In this document: positions 27,946-38,287 of the stretch, piece after piece
Position numbering within the stretch: the first letter of the stretch is position 1
Layout: every line of letters begins with the position of its first letter
From: a virus
Taxonomy: Duplodnaviria > Caudoviricetes
Length of the DNA stretch: 64,000 nt
Virus record (IMG/VR): IMGVR_UViG_3300021400_000491
Location: 19,271-83,270 of that record
Direction: 5' to 3' (one strand)
Notes under the pieces: generated by a model
What the model was told of the DNA's origin: nothing
The model's input: only the letters and a program-made list of their open reading frames with translations
Databases searched by the model: none
Position numbers and translations under genes: made by a program

Positions 27946-29554
27946 ACCTACTCCCATAAACATTAAGAAAGAAGTTGCAAGGCGAGCCGAATTTGACAAA
28001 ATGGGGCTGGGGCTGGGCGAAGGTTCTTTCTTCAATGACAACGGCAGACTACACGGCGCAAGTTCTTCATTCTTTGACCCATTCACAGTATCAGACACTT
28101 CAATCGCAGGATTACGATGTGTAAGCCGGGCAATGAACGGCTCTGTAAGTGCAAGCGTTTTACGCAGAATTGCAGATAAAGCATGGGTTATAAACATCTG
28201 TATCAACAACATTCAGAAAAAAGTTAAACCGTTTTTGAAACCTTCTACCGACCGCAACATTCGCGGTTTCGTAATCCTCAAAAAAGGCGAGGAACTCGGA
28301 AAAGCCGCCGGACAGAAAAGCGCAAAGCGAAAAGAAATCGAAGATTTCATAGTTCATACAGGAAACTACAAAGATACCGACCGTGACACTCTTACAGTGT
28401 TTTCAGAAAAGATTATCCGGGATTGGCTGACGATTGCACAGGCAAGTACAGAAATGCAGTACAATGTGGCAGGACAGCCGATAGCATTTTTTGCCGTGGA
28501 TTCCGGCACAATCGAGCGTGTTTTGCCGAATTCGGAACACCCGGAATTCAAATATGCGCAGGTAATACACGGTATGGCGCGGGTAGCATACACTGACAAG
28601 GAAATGATTGTTCAGATTGCAAATCCGCAGACTGATATTTACCGCTCATTCTATGGACACTCACCAATCGAACAGGCAATAGACCTTATTGCAAGCGAAA
28701 TCAACACAATCACATATAATGCCGGAGCATTTACAGAAAACAAATTGCCGCGCGGTATGCTTCTTGTTGACGGTGATTTGGATTATGAATCAACGGAAGA
28801 AATGGTTGATTATGTTTCTGAAATTATGAACGGAAGCCCGGCTAATCAGTGGCGAGTGCCTATCATTCCTTCTGGTGGCGGAAAAGAGGGCGGAAACAAT
28901 TCTATCAAGTGGGTACAGCTTGGCGGAAATAACCGCGATATGGAATTCTCAAATTGGCTCGACTTCCTTGTTTCAAATGTCGTAGCCCTTTTTGGTTGCA
29001 GCATGGAAGAGCTGGGGCTTCATTCGCAGAAGTCACAGGCAATGTTTGAGCGTGAAGGAAAGACACGAATTGAGCAGGCAAAATCTACAATTCTTGGCGA
29101 TACTCTCTCTTTCTTGCAAGATTACATCAACCGTATTCTTGATATTGCATACCCAGATTATGAGCTTGAATTCGTAGGGTACGAAAAAGACGACCCTAAA
29201 GCAATCGTTGACATTGATAAATCAGAAGTCGAAGCATACAAGACTTTGAACGAAAAGCGCGAAGAAAAGGGCATGAAAAAACTTGATGCCGAATGGGCTG
29301 ACATTCCGCTTAATCCGCAAGCCGTGCAGCTTTTCCAGAGCGCACAGGCACAACAGCAGCAGGGCGGAGATATGGGCGGCTCTGATGATGATTCATGGGG
29401 CGATTATCAAGGCGCAATTATGGGTGACGATGCCGAAGCTGGCGACTTTGGAAGTGAAGGAAATGCAGAAGAGCCTGCAGAAGAAAACGGCGGGGAAGAA
29501 ATGCAGAAGTCACTTCTTGAAAGAACAAGGGAACTTGTGAGAATCCGAATATGA
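27929..29554 (+). CDS. Portal protein
   Basis: FYGHSPIEQAI, FTENKLPRGML, LFGCSMEELG; position after terL. Confidence 0.9.
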   Translation: MLGINKPTPINIKKEVARRAEFDKMGLGLGEGSFFNDNGRLHGASSSFFDPFTVSDTSIAGLRCVSRAMNGSVSASVLRRIADKAWVINICINNIQKKVKPFLKPSTDRNIRGFVILKKGEELGKAAGQKSAKRKEIEDFIVHTGNYKDTDRDTLTVFSEKIIRDWLTIAQASTEMQYNVAGQPIAFFAVDSGTIERVLPNSEHPEFKYAQVIHGMARVAYTDKEMIVQIANPQTDIYRSFYGHSPIEQAIDLIASEINTITYNAGAFTENKLPRGMLLVDGDLDYESTEEMVDYVSEIMNGSPANQWRVPIIPSGGGKEGGNNSIKWVQLGGNNRDMEFSNWLDFLVSNVVALFGCSMEELGLHSQKSQAMFEREGKTRIEQAKSTILGDTLSFLQDYINRILDIAYPDYELEFVGYEKDDPKAIVDIDKSEVEAYKTLNEKREEKGMKKLDAEWADIPLNPQAVQLFQSAQAQQQQGGDMGGSDDDSWGDYQGAIMGDDAEAGDFGSEGNAEEPAEENGGEEMQKSLLERTRELVRIRI

Positions 29555-31230
29555 ACAAAACCGTAGTATTGGAATTCACAAACATTACACCTCAAAATTG
29601 CCGCTACAAGTTTGAAAAGGCGATTCACGCAGTTTCTAAACAACTCGGAATTCCTGTTTCTGTCGAAAAGCAGAATACAGAACATACAGGAGAGGCTTTT
29701 GCTTTTTCTTCGCAGGAGCAATTAACCTATAAGTGGTATGACTATTTCAATAACGCAATCAAAGAAGTTTATTATTTTGTCGCTGATTATTTTGATTTAC
29801 CGATTCAGAATGTACTTCAAAAAGCCGGGGAACTTATTCACAGAGGGCAGATTCTTTACTCACCCGAAACAGGAAAGCCGATTAAAAAGGCTGATTGGGA
29901 TAGATTTGTAAAGGCTCTTGAAAAGATTCTCAATCAGAAATTCAACGGCAGCGGAGAAAAGATTGTACTTGAAAGCAAGGCGTTAGGAAAACTTCTTGAC
30001 CGTATGCTTAAATACAATAAGTTGCCGGAAGTAAAAGACATCAGCCTTTCAGACATAAGATATTCAAACAAAACTTTTGACTACATCGCCGAAAGCACAA
30101 AGACCGCTGAAAAAGTTTTCGGGGCAATGGATAATACCCGGATAGAGCTTATTCAGCAGAGCGCGGCAGAAAGAATATCGGGAATGACTGACGAACTCAA
30201 AACCGAAGTAAAGCAGACCCTTATTGACGGCATAAAGTCACGCAAGGGAAAGCAGCAGATTTCACAAGACCTGTTCAACAGACTTTCCGGCACAAACAGA
30301 GATTTCCGAAAAATTGCCGACACAGAGATTCAGAACAACATAAACAATTCATTCATTGAAGAAGAAGTGTCTAACGCCGAGGCGGGGGAAAAAGTCTACT
30401 TTCAGCGCATGGAGATTGTAGACGGCGCAACTTGTCCTTTCTGCAAGAAGATGAACGGAGTAATTGCCGTATGGAGCGAAACACCACTTTCAAACGACAA
30501 GGTAGACGGCGACCCATACGCAACAGTAGCACTCTGGGAAGGTAAGGATTGGAACGGACAAAAGAACTATGTCGCAAACGGAGCTTTTCACCCTTATTGC
30601 CGGGGAATCTGGACTAGGTGGAATTCACGCATTAACGCATATTCCGCAATGCTCAAAAAGCGTAGTGAGGATTACAACAAGGCAATAGACAAAGCCCGCG
30701 AGGAATGGAAAGCAAAGGGAATCGAAAACCCGAACGACAAAACACCGGGATATATCGACCGTATCAATGAATTGTACAACGGCACTATTCAGAAATCACT
30801 CACTTGGAGCGGTCACGAATTGCAGGACAGATACAATTTTGCGGGGCTGAAAATCTCGGTAGAGAACAAGAAGGGAAGCACCCGAAGCGGAAAAGACAAA
30901 GACGGTCATGAGTGGCACACATTCATGCACTATGACTATGGCTATATACGAGGTACGGAAGGAACTGACGGCGACCATGTAGATTGCTATATAGGCGATA
31001 ACGAGGACGCAAAGAATGTTTACATCATTCATCAGAACGACCCTGTAACAAACAAGTATGATGAAGATAAATGTATGCTTGGTTTTGATTCTCTTGAATC
31101 TGCAAAGGCTGCATACCTCAAACAGTATGACAGACCGGGATTTTTAGGAAGCATTACCACAATGAGCATTGACGAATTCAAAGATTATGTACTTGCAAAA
31201 GAAAATCACGGAGAGCGAATTCAACCTTGA
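29551..31230 (+). CDS. Head morphogenesis protein (Mu gpF/SPP1 gp7-like) fused to inorganic pyrophosphatase-like domain
   Basis: RKIADTE, CPFC, HPYCRG; C-terminal ISVENKKGSTRSG...YGYIRGTEGTDGDHVDCY. Confidence 0.8.
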   Translation: MNKTVVLEFTNITPQNCRYKFEKAIHAVSKQLGIPVSVEKQNTEHTGEAFAFSSQEQLTYKWYDYFNNAIKEVYYFVADYFDLPIQNVLQKAGELIHRGQILYSPETGKPIKKADWDRFVKALEKILNQKFNGSGEKIVLESKALGKLLDRMLKYNKLPEVKDISLSDIRYSNKTFDYIAESTKTAEKVFGAMDNTRIELIQQSAAERISGMTDELKTEVKQTLIDGIKSRKGKQQISQDLFNRLSGTNRDFRKIADTEIQNNINNSFIEEEVSNAEAGEKVYFQRMEIVDGATCPFCKKMNGVIAVWSETPLSNDKVDGDPYATVALWEGKDWNGQKNYVANGAFHPYCRGIWTRWNSRINAYSAMLKKRSEDYNKAIDKAREEWKAKGIENPNDKTPGYIDRINELYNGTIQKSLTWSGHELQDRYNFAGLKISVENKKGSTRSGKDKDGHEWHTFMHYDYGYIRGTEGTDGDHVDCYIGDNEDAKNVYIIHQNDPVTNKYDEDKCMLGFDSLESAKAAYLKQYDRPGFLGSITTMSIDEFKDYVLAKENHGERIQP

Positions 31231-31299
31231 TTTTTTAGGTTGATTTAGGAAAAAACACCGAATTTGAGCAAATTTGCACAAACATTAAGGAGATATAAA

Positions 31300-34200
31300 A
31301 TGCTGATAATCAACAAAGAAAAGTTTGCAGAGATTCTTAAATCTGCTCTTGGTTCACAGAAAGGCGACCACGATTACATCTACCGTGTACCGATTGCAGA
31401 GAAACATAGTGGAAAGTCTGTTAGAAGGTATAAATATTTATACGCTTGGGAACAGATTAAAAAGCCTTTTGAAAAGCTGGCAGAGTTTTTCGGAATCAAC
31501 GAAAAACAGGTTGATGAAATGTATGCGAAAGAAAACATACAGAAAGATTTTAATGCCGACAAAAAGACTTTTGCGCAGCACCTTGTTGAATACTTCTCAC
31601 ATCGCAAACAGTGGGACGACCGATTTGCACCAAAAGAGAATCAGCAGAAATTCAATAAGCCTGTAAAAATGGCGACATTCAAAGAAAACGCCGATGTACT
31701 CTCAAAGGACATGGAAACACCCGCACCAGAGAATGACGAGCCGTCTTTATTCAGCGACAAGGAACTTAAAAAACTTGGGGCAAAAGATAAAGGCGAGTGG
31801 AAAGCAAACCCTTATTTAATGCGCCGTATCTGGGGAATGTTTACAGGAAAGACAATTCAGCAGCAGGAAAAACAGGAACAGGCAGCAGAAAAGAAAGTTG
31901 CTGATGAATCGGCAAAGAAAGAAGAGCAGAAGAAACTCATTGCGGAATTTGCTGAAAAGCATAACCTTGACCCAAAGAAAGTTGAAGCCGGAATGAAACA
32001 GGCTTTCAAAGAACTTGATAACATCGGGAAGAAAACCGAAAAGAAGCCGACAAAAGCGCAGCTTCTTAAAGATGTTATCAAGCCGCAGTTGTTTGATTTG
32101 GGAATTATCCCACATTCACAGATTGAAGCGACAAACACAGAGCAGATTGACAATGTACAGGCACTTCTTGAAACAATCGCAACAATGCCGAAGATGTACG
32201 AGGGCGACCATACGGCAAGGCTGCATTACTTTGTCGGCGGTATGGATTACTACATTACAGAGCTTGGCGACGATGGCGTAGGCTATGGTTATGTAGACAA
32301 CAACGGCGACCCAATGACTAGCGAATGGGGATATGTAGACCTTAAAGAGCTTGCTTCTGCAGGCGACATGAAGGGCTTGAATATTGACTATTTCTTCACT
32401 CCAAAACTTGTAGGCGACCTTATCAAAGAGAGCGGACACCGCGAACTTGCCGAAGAGTACGAAGATACTTACGGCGAAGAAGAAGCCGAAATGAAAGAAA
32501 AGGTAGAGGACAAGAAGCCTGCTGCACCTAAAAAAGTAGATTGGTATGAGGCTTTTGCTGGCTCATGGAATACTTTCTACCCAACAGGTACAGGAATGAA
32601 GCCTTATATCAACATTTCAAGAAAAGGCGCAAGAGGTGAGAAAATCGGAGAATCGAAAAGGGCAAATTCAAAAACAGATTTAAGCGGACTTTTTGACGGA
32701 GTAAACGATTTTGTTTTCAATACTGAATACATCGGGGAAAAATCAAGACAGAACTTTATCGAAAGACTTGCTGATTTGGGATTCCATGCGCAAAAAGAGT
32801 ACACGGACGAAAAAGGCAATACAAAGTATATGCTTATGATTCGTGACGGCTCAAAAGCCGGACTTGTCGAAATGATTCCGAATTCTGATTACAAGAAAAA
32901 AGAATACACCGTTATTACTCACGATGAAGCCGGAAACGAAACCGATAAGCAGGTATTCAGCGACATTGACAGCGCACAGGCTTTCATGGATAAGCAGAGA
33001 AAAGCACTTGAAGCCGGGGAAAGTGAAGCGGAGAAACACGAAAACCGCAGTAATGCAATGCTCGGAAATCAGAACGCAAAGAAATTCGGTATGCCGGAAG
33101 ATGTTTACGAAATCATGCGAAACATGGTGAGTGAACAGGTAAACGGACAGGGAATAAAAAATCGTCAAATACTGTTTGAAAAACTGTATAAAAAAGACGA
33201 TTATTTTAGAAAGAAACTTGATATGTACGGTGGTACAAGCAATGAAGAAATCACAGGCTATAAACGGTCTGATATTTTCAATGCTCTGTATGATGATGTA
33301 ACAGGAGGCGAACATGGAGAAGATAACTCTGGAATTGGACGAAATGGACTTTCCGCAGGTACTAGCGACTTACGGAGCGGAACAGGCGAAGGAAATGGCA
33401 ATAGCGATGTGTCTGAAACAGAATCAGCCATTGACGGAAACGAATTTGTACAGCAACCTCGCGAATCTGGAATCGGACTTGGAGAGCGAAGTTCTGACAA
33501 TGGACGAAACGGAGCAGGAAGCGGACGAGTAACAAAAGCGACCGCAAAACAAATCCGCGCAAAATGTCTTGAACTTCTCGCAACAAAGAAAGATTCTGAA
33601 ATGACCGCAGAAGATAAGGCACTTCTCGCACAATATGAAGGTGGCGGCGGATTAAATGAGGGCGGGCAGTCTACAAAAGCTGTACTCACTGAATTCTACA
33701 CTCCTAGAGATGTAATCTCTAAGGTGTGGGAGCTTGTAGACAAATACAATCCGAATCAGAAGAAAAAAGTCTTAGAGCCGTCTAGCGGTATTGGACGCTT
33801 TGCAGAAGGAAGAAACGAAGATTTCACGCTTTGCGAACTTGACGAAACAAGCGCACGAATTGCCGGAATTCTTCACCCGGATTCAGAAGTAAAGCAGGGG
33901 GCATTTCAAAAGCTCTTCATGCAGAATAACGCCGTAACAGGCTACAAAGGCGAACTGTACGATGTCGCAATCGGAAACCCGCCGTATGGAGCTTATAACG
34001 ACCTTTACAAAGGCATGGGAGAAGGAAAACACCACACACGCTATGAAGAATACTTTATTGACCGCTCTCTTGATACTCTCAAAGACGGTGGTATTCTTGC
34101 TTTTGTCGTTCCTTCTTCATTCTTGCGGGGCAAAAACGGCAAGGGAAAAGAAGCGATTGCAAAGAAAGGAAAGCTGCTCGAAGCGTGGCGACTTCCAAAA

Positions 34201-37200
34201 GGTACATTCAGCAGTACAGATGTTGGAACAGATATTATTGTCATTCAGAAGGGCAAGGGCGATATTGCCGACTATTGCGACAATAAATATTTTGCCGATA
34301 ATGAATCTCATGTAATCGGACACGAAACCGAAGGAAAAGACCGTTTCGGGAAGCCGACAAAGATTGTAAATCTCCCGGAAGGAAAGACAGTTGCAGAAGC
34401 AATTTCTATGATTGATACAAAAGCCGTTGAAGTCAAAGAGATTGCAAAGAATGTCGAAGTAAAGACCGTACAGGCTGATTTGTCAAAACGATTTACAGTT
34501 ATTGGCAAGTTACAGGTAGGCGCGGAACTTACACGCCCGGACGGAGCAAAAGGAAAAATCACATACATTACTGACGGCGGAATGATTGGTTACGAATTCG
34601 ACAGTAAGACCAATCCGGGCGGAAGAACAAGCCTTGAAGATTTTACCGTATTGGACGACAAGGAAACCGCCGAAGAAATCAGCCGCAAGCGTAGCGAAGC
34701 CATGAAGGGCAACGACAACGCAAAAAAGGCTTTCCACAAGCAGATTGTAAAGAAAGCTACAAAAGGCGATGTATTCACACCTTCTATCGGTAAGAATATG
34801 ACAGCGCAGGAATTCAACGCTAAATACTCAAAGGATATTCCAGAAGCTGACATGAAATTCTGGAAAGTAACCGATTGGGAAGGTAAGGTTGATGTAACAA
34901 AACTTACTGATGAAGAGCGTGAGGAACTTGGCAAAAACAAGAACTTTGTGACCGATGAAAACGGAAACTTTGTAAATGTCGCAAACTATGCAAGCGGAAA
35001 CATTGTTGAAAAACTCGCAAAACTTGAAGCCGAAAAAGACCGCATAAGCAAAGAATCTTACGAAGAAAAGAAAGCTATTCTTGAAGCCGTATTGCCTGCA
35101 AGAAAAAACATCATGCAGTTTACAATCTCGCCAAAAGAAAACTTTGCTTTGCAGTTCAAAGACGAGGACGGTATTTCTCTTAAAGACAAATTCCTTGCAT
35201 ATTGCGGATTTAATGAAAACGGAAGAATCGGCTGGAACTCTCATTGTCCTATTCCAAAGTCAGAGCTTGCGGACGGAATGACAATGCAGGATATTTGGGA
35301 TTATGTAAATCAGATTCCTGTAAGAACTGAAAGAACAAGAAACCCAGAGGACGCAGAAACCGCCAAAATGTTTGCGGAACAGAAAAAGAACGCAAGACGC
35401 GAAACAACAGAAAGACTTTTCAATAAGTGGTTGCGCGAACTCCCGGAAAGACAGCAGAACGCCATTGAAGATGAATGGAACGCAAGATTTAACTCACGCG
35501 TAAACCCAGATTATAAAAAGATTCCGCTTTTCGTTGACGGCATGAACACCCACAAGGGGAAGAAGAAATTCGACATGACCGAACAGCAGATTAAAGGCGT
35601 TTCTATGCTCTGCAATAAGGGTAATGGTATTCTTGCTTATGATGTTGGAGTAGGAAAAACTGTAACAGGTATTGTTGCGACTGTAAATCAGATTCAGACA
35701 GGAAAAGCAAAACGCCCGATTATCTGTGTACCAAAATCTGTTTACAAGAAATGGATTAAGGAAATTAAGCAGCATTTCCCAAATCAGACAATAAACGAAC
35801 TCGGAAATTTCAGCGAAAAGGACTTAGGCAGATTCAAAGATTCTGACGGTAAAGTAAACTTGCCGGAAGGTGCATTGAATGTCTGTACTTACGAAGCATT
35901 GCAGAAAGTCACTTTCAAAGAGGAAACTCTTAACGGTGATTTGCGTGATGATATGCTTGATTCACAGTCGGTATATGATTATGACGAATACGGAAATCTT
36001 GTAGAAGATACCCGAAGTGAGCGCGAAAAGGCACAGGCAGAAGAAAAACTGATGAAAATGCTCGGTATTGCAGCAGAAGCAAAGCCGGGAGCGGTTTATT
36101 GGGAAGATTTGGGAATTGACCATATCACAGTAGACGAGCTGCACAACTTCAAAAATGTTTTCTCAATTCCACGCACTTTTGGTAAATCTGTACGAAGTAC
36201 GAACGAAAAGAAAACCGATTATTGGGGAAGAAAGATTAAGGCAGACGACGACCCCGGACAGCTCTCAAACGAATACAGCGGTATGCAGGGAGCGACATCT
36301 GGACGCGCTATGAAACTCTTTGCAATTTCACAGTTGATTCAGAGAGAAACAAACGGAAGGGGATTCTTCGGACTTTCAGCAACGCCTTTCAATAACTCGC
36401 CTGTAGAGATTTACAACATTCTTTCTATGGTGGCAAGAAACCGCCTCAAAGATTTGGAAATCTACAATTTGCAGGACTTTATGAAGCAGTTTGCAGAAAT
36501 GAAGCCGGATTGGAAGGTACAGGCAAACGGTGATGTAGTATCAGCACAGGTTATGAAGAACTTCAAAAACCTTAACGCATTGCAGAATCTTATTACTGAA
36601 TTCATCGACAAGGTAGACGGTGAAGAAGCCGGAGTAGTAAGACCATACAAGAGAGTACACAAGCCGGAGCTTGATTTGACACCATTGCAGAAAGCAATCA
36701 TTAAGGCTGAAACTGACCGCATGGACGGCAAATTCTCAAAGCCGGGTGACGATAATAAAAACTCTGCTGACGCTCTTATTGCAATGAACAATATGCGAAT
36801 GGCTACCCTCTCACCGTGTCTGATTGACCCTAAATTCTGGGCTGATTATGAGGATTACGAGGGCTGGCACAAACCGCAGATGAAGGACATCGTAAAAGAA
36901 TCGCCTAAGCTGCAATTTGTTTGTGATATGACAAGCACACAGTACAAGGCTAGACCGTCAGAAGGACAGGTAATCTATATGCCTCGTGGTGTAGAGCAGT
37001 ATCATTATGTCAAAGATTATCTTGTTTCTAAAGGTGTTCCGGCTGACGCTATCGCCTTTATGGATTCAAGCACAAGCCTTGCAGACAAAGAGCGCATTAA
37101 GGACGACTTCAACGATGTGGACGGCAAGATTAAAATTATTATCGGTTCGGAAACAATCAAGGAAGGTGTTTCACTCAATGGAAACTCTACAACGCTTTAT

Positions 37201-38154
37201 AACACAATGCTTGGCTGGAATCCTACCGAAACAATACAGGTAGAAGGTCGTATCTGGCGACAGAATAACAAACAGGGAATTACTCATATCGTTTATCCGC
37301 TTATGAATGATTCCATTGACGCTATGATGTACCAGAAGTATGACGAAAAATCTAGCCGCCTTAACGCATTGTGGAGCTATAAGGGCGATTCTCTCAATGT
37401 TGAGGACATCAACCCGGAAGAGCTGAAATTTGAGCTTATCAAAGACCCGAAAAAGCGTGCAAGTATGAAAATCTTGCAGGAGCAGGCAGACTTGAAGAAG
37501 CAGCAGAAAATGACGGATGCGCTTTATGATACCATTGCCGAACAAATGAGCCAAAGAAAGAATCTGATAGGTAATACAGAGTATCAGACAAAGCAGATTC
37601 CAGAGTATGAAAAATCTGTTGCGAATTATACTAACCTCGTGGAAGAAACAGAAAAGAAACTGAAAGCCGCAAAGAAAGCGAAAGAAGATACTTGGAAAAT
37701 TGAGCGGGATTTGGAGAACTACAAATATTCTGTAAACTCTTACAAGTCGCAGCTTCGATTGGCAAACAAAGCCATTAAAGAAAATGGCGAATTGATTGCA
37801 GCCATTGAAAACTCTTGGAGAAAACAGGGAGTAGATAACCCGGAAAACATCGAGGAAAAACTTTCTGAAATCTCTGCAAGACGACACGAAATTTCAAACA
37901 AGCTCGGAGAAATTGAAGGTAAGTTTGATTTTTATGTGGCAGAAGCAAAGAAGCAAATTGAGGATGCACAGAGAAAACAGAAGCATTATTCTGTAGCTGA
38001 CCGCGTAGATTACTATGCAAAGGAAATCGGAAACGACTTGAAGCCTTTTGAAGAAATCAAAGACCAGATTAAGGCAGACATGGAAAAGAAGCGTAACGGT
38101 GGAATTGCAAAAGCGATTATCTATAACGGTCGCCTGCTGATTCAAAGAGCATAA
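31300..38154 (+). CDS. DarB-like polyvalent protein: DUF2958-like region, N6-adenine MTase and SNF2 helicase
   Basis: VLEPSSGIGRF, GNPPYG, DVGVGKT, VDELH, LSATP, QVEGRIWRQ; AGGAGA RBS before ATG 31300. Confidence 0.9.
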   Translation: MLIINKEKFAEILKSALGSQKGDHDYIYRVPIAEKHSGKSVRRYKYLYAWEQIKKPFEKLAEFFGINEKQVDEMYAKENIQKDFNADKKTFAQHLVEYFSHRKQWDDRFAPKENQQKFNKPVKMATFKENADVLSKDMETPAPENDEPSLFSDKELKKLGAKDKGEWKANPYLMRRIWGMFTGKTIQQQEKQEQAAEKKVADESAKKEEQKKLIAEFAEKHNLDPKKVEAGMKQAFKELDNIGKKTEKKPTKAQLLKDVIKPQLFDLGIIPHSQIEATNTEQIDNVQALLETIATMPKMYEGDHTARLHYFVGGMDYYITELGDDGVGYGYVDNNGDPMTSEWGYVDLKELASAGDMKGLNIDYFFTPKLVGDLIKESGHRELAEEYEDTYGEEEAEMKEKVEDKKPAAPKKVDWYEAFAGSWNTFYPTGTGMKPYINISRKGARGEKIGESKRANSKTDLSGLFDGVNDFVFNTEYIGEKSRQNFIERLADLGFHAQKEYTDEKGNTKYMLMIRDGSKAGLVEMIPNSDYKKKEYTVITHDEAGNETDKQVFSDIDSAQAFMDKQRKALEAGESEAEKHENRSNAMLGNQNAKKFGMPEDVYEIMRNMVSEQVNGQGIKNRQILFEKLYKKDDYFRKKLDMYGGTSNEEITGYKRSDIFNALYDDVTGGEHGEDNSGIGRNGLSAGTSDLRSGTGEGNGNSDVSETESAIDGNEFVQQPRESGIGLGERSSDNGRNGAGSGRVTKATAKQIRAKCLELLATKKDSEMTAEDKALLAQYEGGGGLNEGGQSTKAVLTEFYTPRDVISKVWELVDKYNPNQKKKVLEPSSGIGRFAEGRNEDFTLCELDETSARIAGILHPDSEVKQGAFQKLFMQNNAVTGYKGELYDVAIGNPPYGAYNDLYKGMGEGKHHTRYEEYFIDRSLDTLKDGGILAFVVPSSFLRGKNGKGKEAIAKKGKLLEAWRLPKGTFSSTDVGTDIIVIQKGKGDIADYCDNKYFADNESHVIGHETEGKDRFGKPTKIVNLPEGKTVAEAISMIDTKAVEVKEIAKNVEVKTVQADLSKRFTVIGKLQVGAELTRPDGAKGKITYITDGGMIGYEFDSKTNPGGRTSLEDFTVLDDKETAEEISRKRSEAMKGNDNAKKAFHKQIVKKATKGDVFTPSIGKNMTAQEFNAKYSKDIPEADMKFWKVTDWEGKVDVTKLTDEEREELGKNKNFVTDENGNFVNVANYASGNIVEKLAKLEAEKDRISKESYEEKKAILEAVLPARKNIMQFTISPKENFALQFKDEDGISLKDKFLAYCGFNENGRIGWNSHCPIPKSELADGMTMQDIWDYVNQIPVRTERTRNPEDAETAKMFAEQKKNARRETTERLFNKWLRELPERQQNAIEDEWNARFNSRVNPDYKKIPLFVDGMNTHKGKKKFDMTEQQIKGVSMLCNKGNGILAYDVGVGKTVTGIVATVNQIQTGKAKRPIICVPKSVYKKWIKEIKQHFPNQTINELGNFSEKDLGRFKDSDGKVNLPEGALNVCTYEALQKVTFKEETLNGDLRDDMLDSQSVYDYDEYGNLVEDTRSEREKAQAEEKLMKMLGIAAEAKPGAVYWEDLGIDHITVDELHNFKNVFSIPRTFGKSVRSTNEKKTDYWGRKIKADDDPGQLSNEYSGMQGATSGRAMKLFAISQLIQRETNGRGFFGLSATPFNNSPVEIYNILSMVARNRLKDLEIYNLQDFMKQFAEMKPDWKVQANGDVVSAQVMKNFKNLNALQNLITEFIDKVDGEEAGVVRPYKRVHKPELDLTPLQKAIIKAETDRMDGKFSKPGDDNKNSADALIAMNNMRMATLSPCLIDPKFWADYEDYEGWHKPQMKDIVKESPKLQFVCDMTSTQYKARPSEGQVIYMPRGVEQYHYVKDYLVSKGVPADAIAFMDSSTSLADKERIKDDFNDVDGKIKIIIGSETIKEGVSLNGNSTTLYNTMLGWNPTETIQVEGRIWRQNNKQGITHIVYPLMNDSIDAMMYQKYDEKSSRLNALWSYKGDSLNVEDINPEELKFELIKDPKKRASMKILQEQADLKKQQKMTDALYDTIAEQMSQRKNLIGNTEYQTKQIPEYEKSVANYTNLVEETEKKLKAAKKAKEDTWKIERDLENYKYSVNSYKSQLRLANKAIKENGELIAAIENSWRKQGVDNPENIEEKLSEISARRHEISNKLGEIEGKFDFYVAEAKKQIEDAQRKQKHYSVADRVDYYAKEIGNDLKPFEEIKDQIKADMEKKRNGGIAKAIIYNGRLLIQRA

Positions 38155-38272
38155 TTGCAAAAACGGCTGTTATGCCTTATAATGCAATTAAAATATTTAT
38201 TCTTGGTAGTTATGCAGAAGCAAACGCCGATTATTCCATGATTCAATTCTTGGGATAGTCGGCGTTTTTTTT
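38155..38272 (+). promoter_or_regulatory. Promoter TTGCAA-17-TATAAT followed by short leader and long terminator hairpin
   Basis: AAACGCCGATTATTCC...GGGATAGTCGGCGTTTTTTTT. Confidence 0.75.
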
Positions 38273-38287
38273 GTTCCGGGGGATTAT

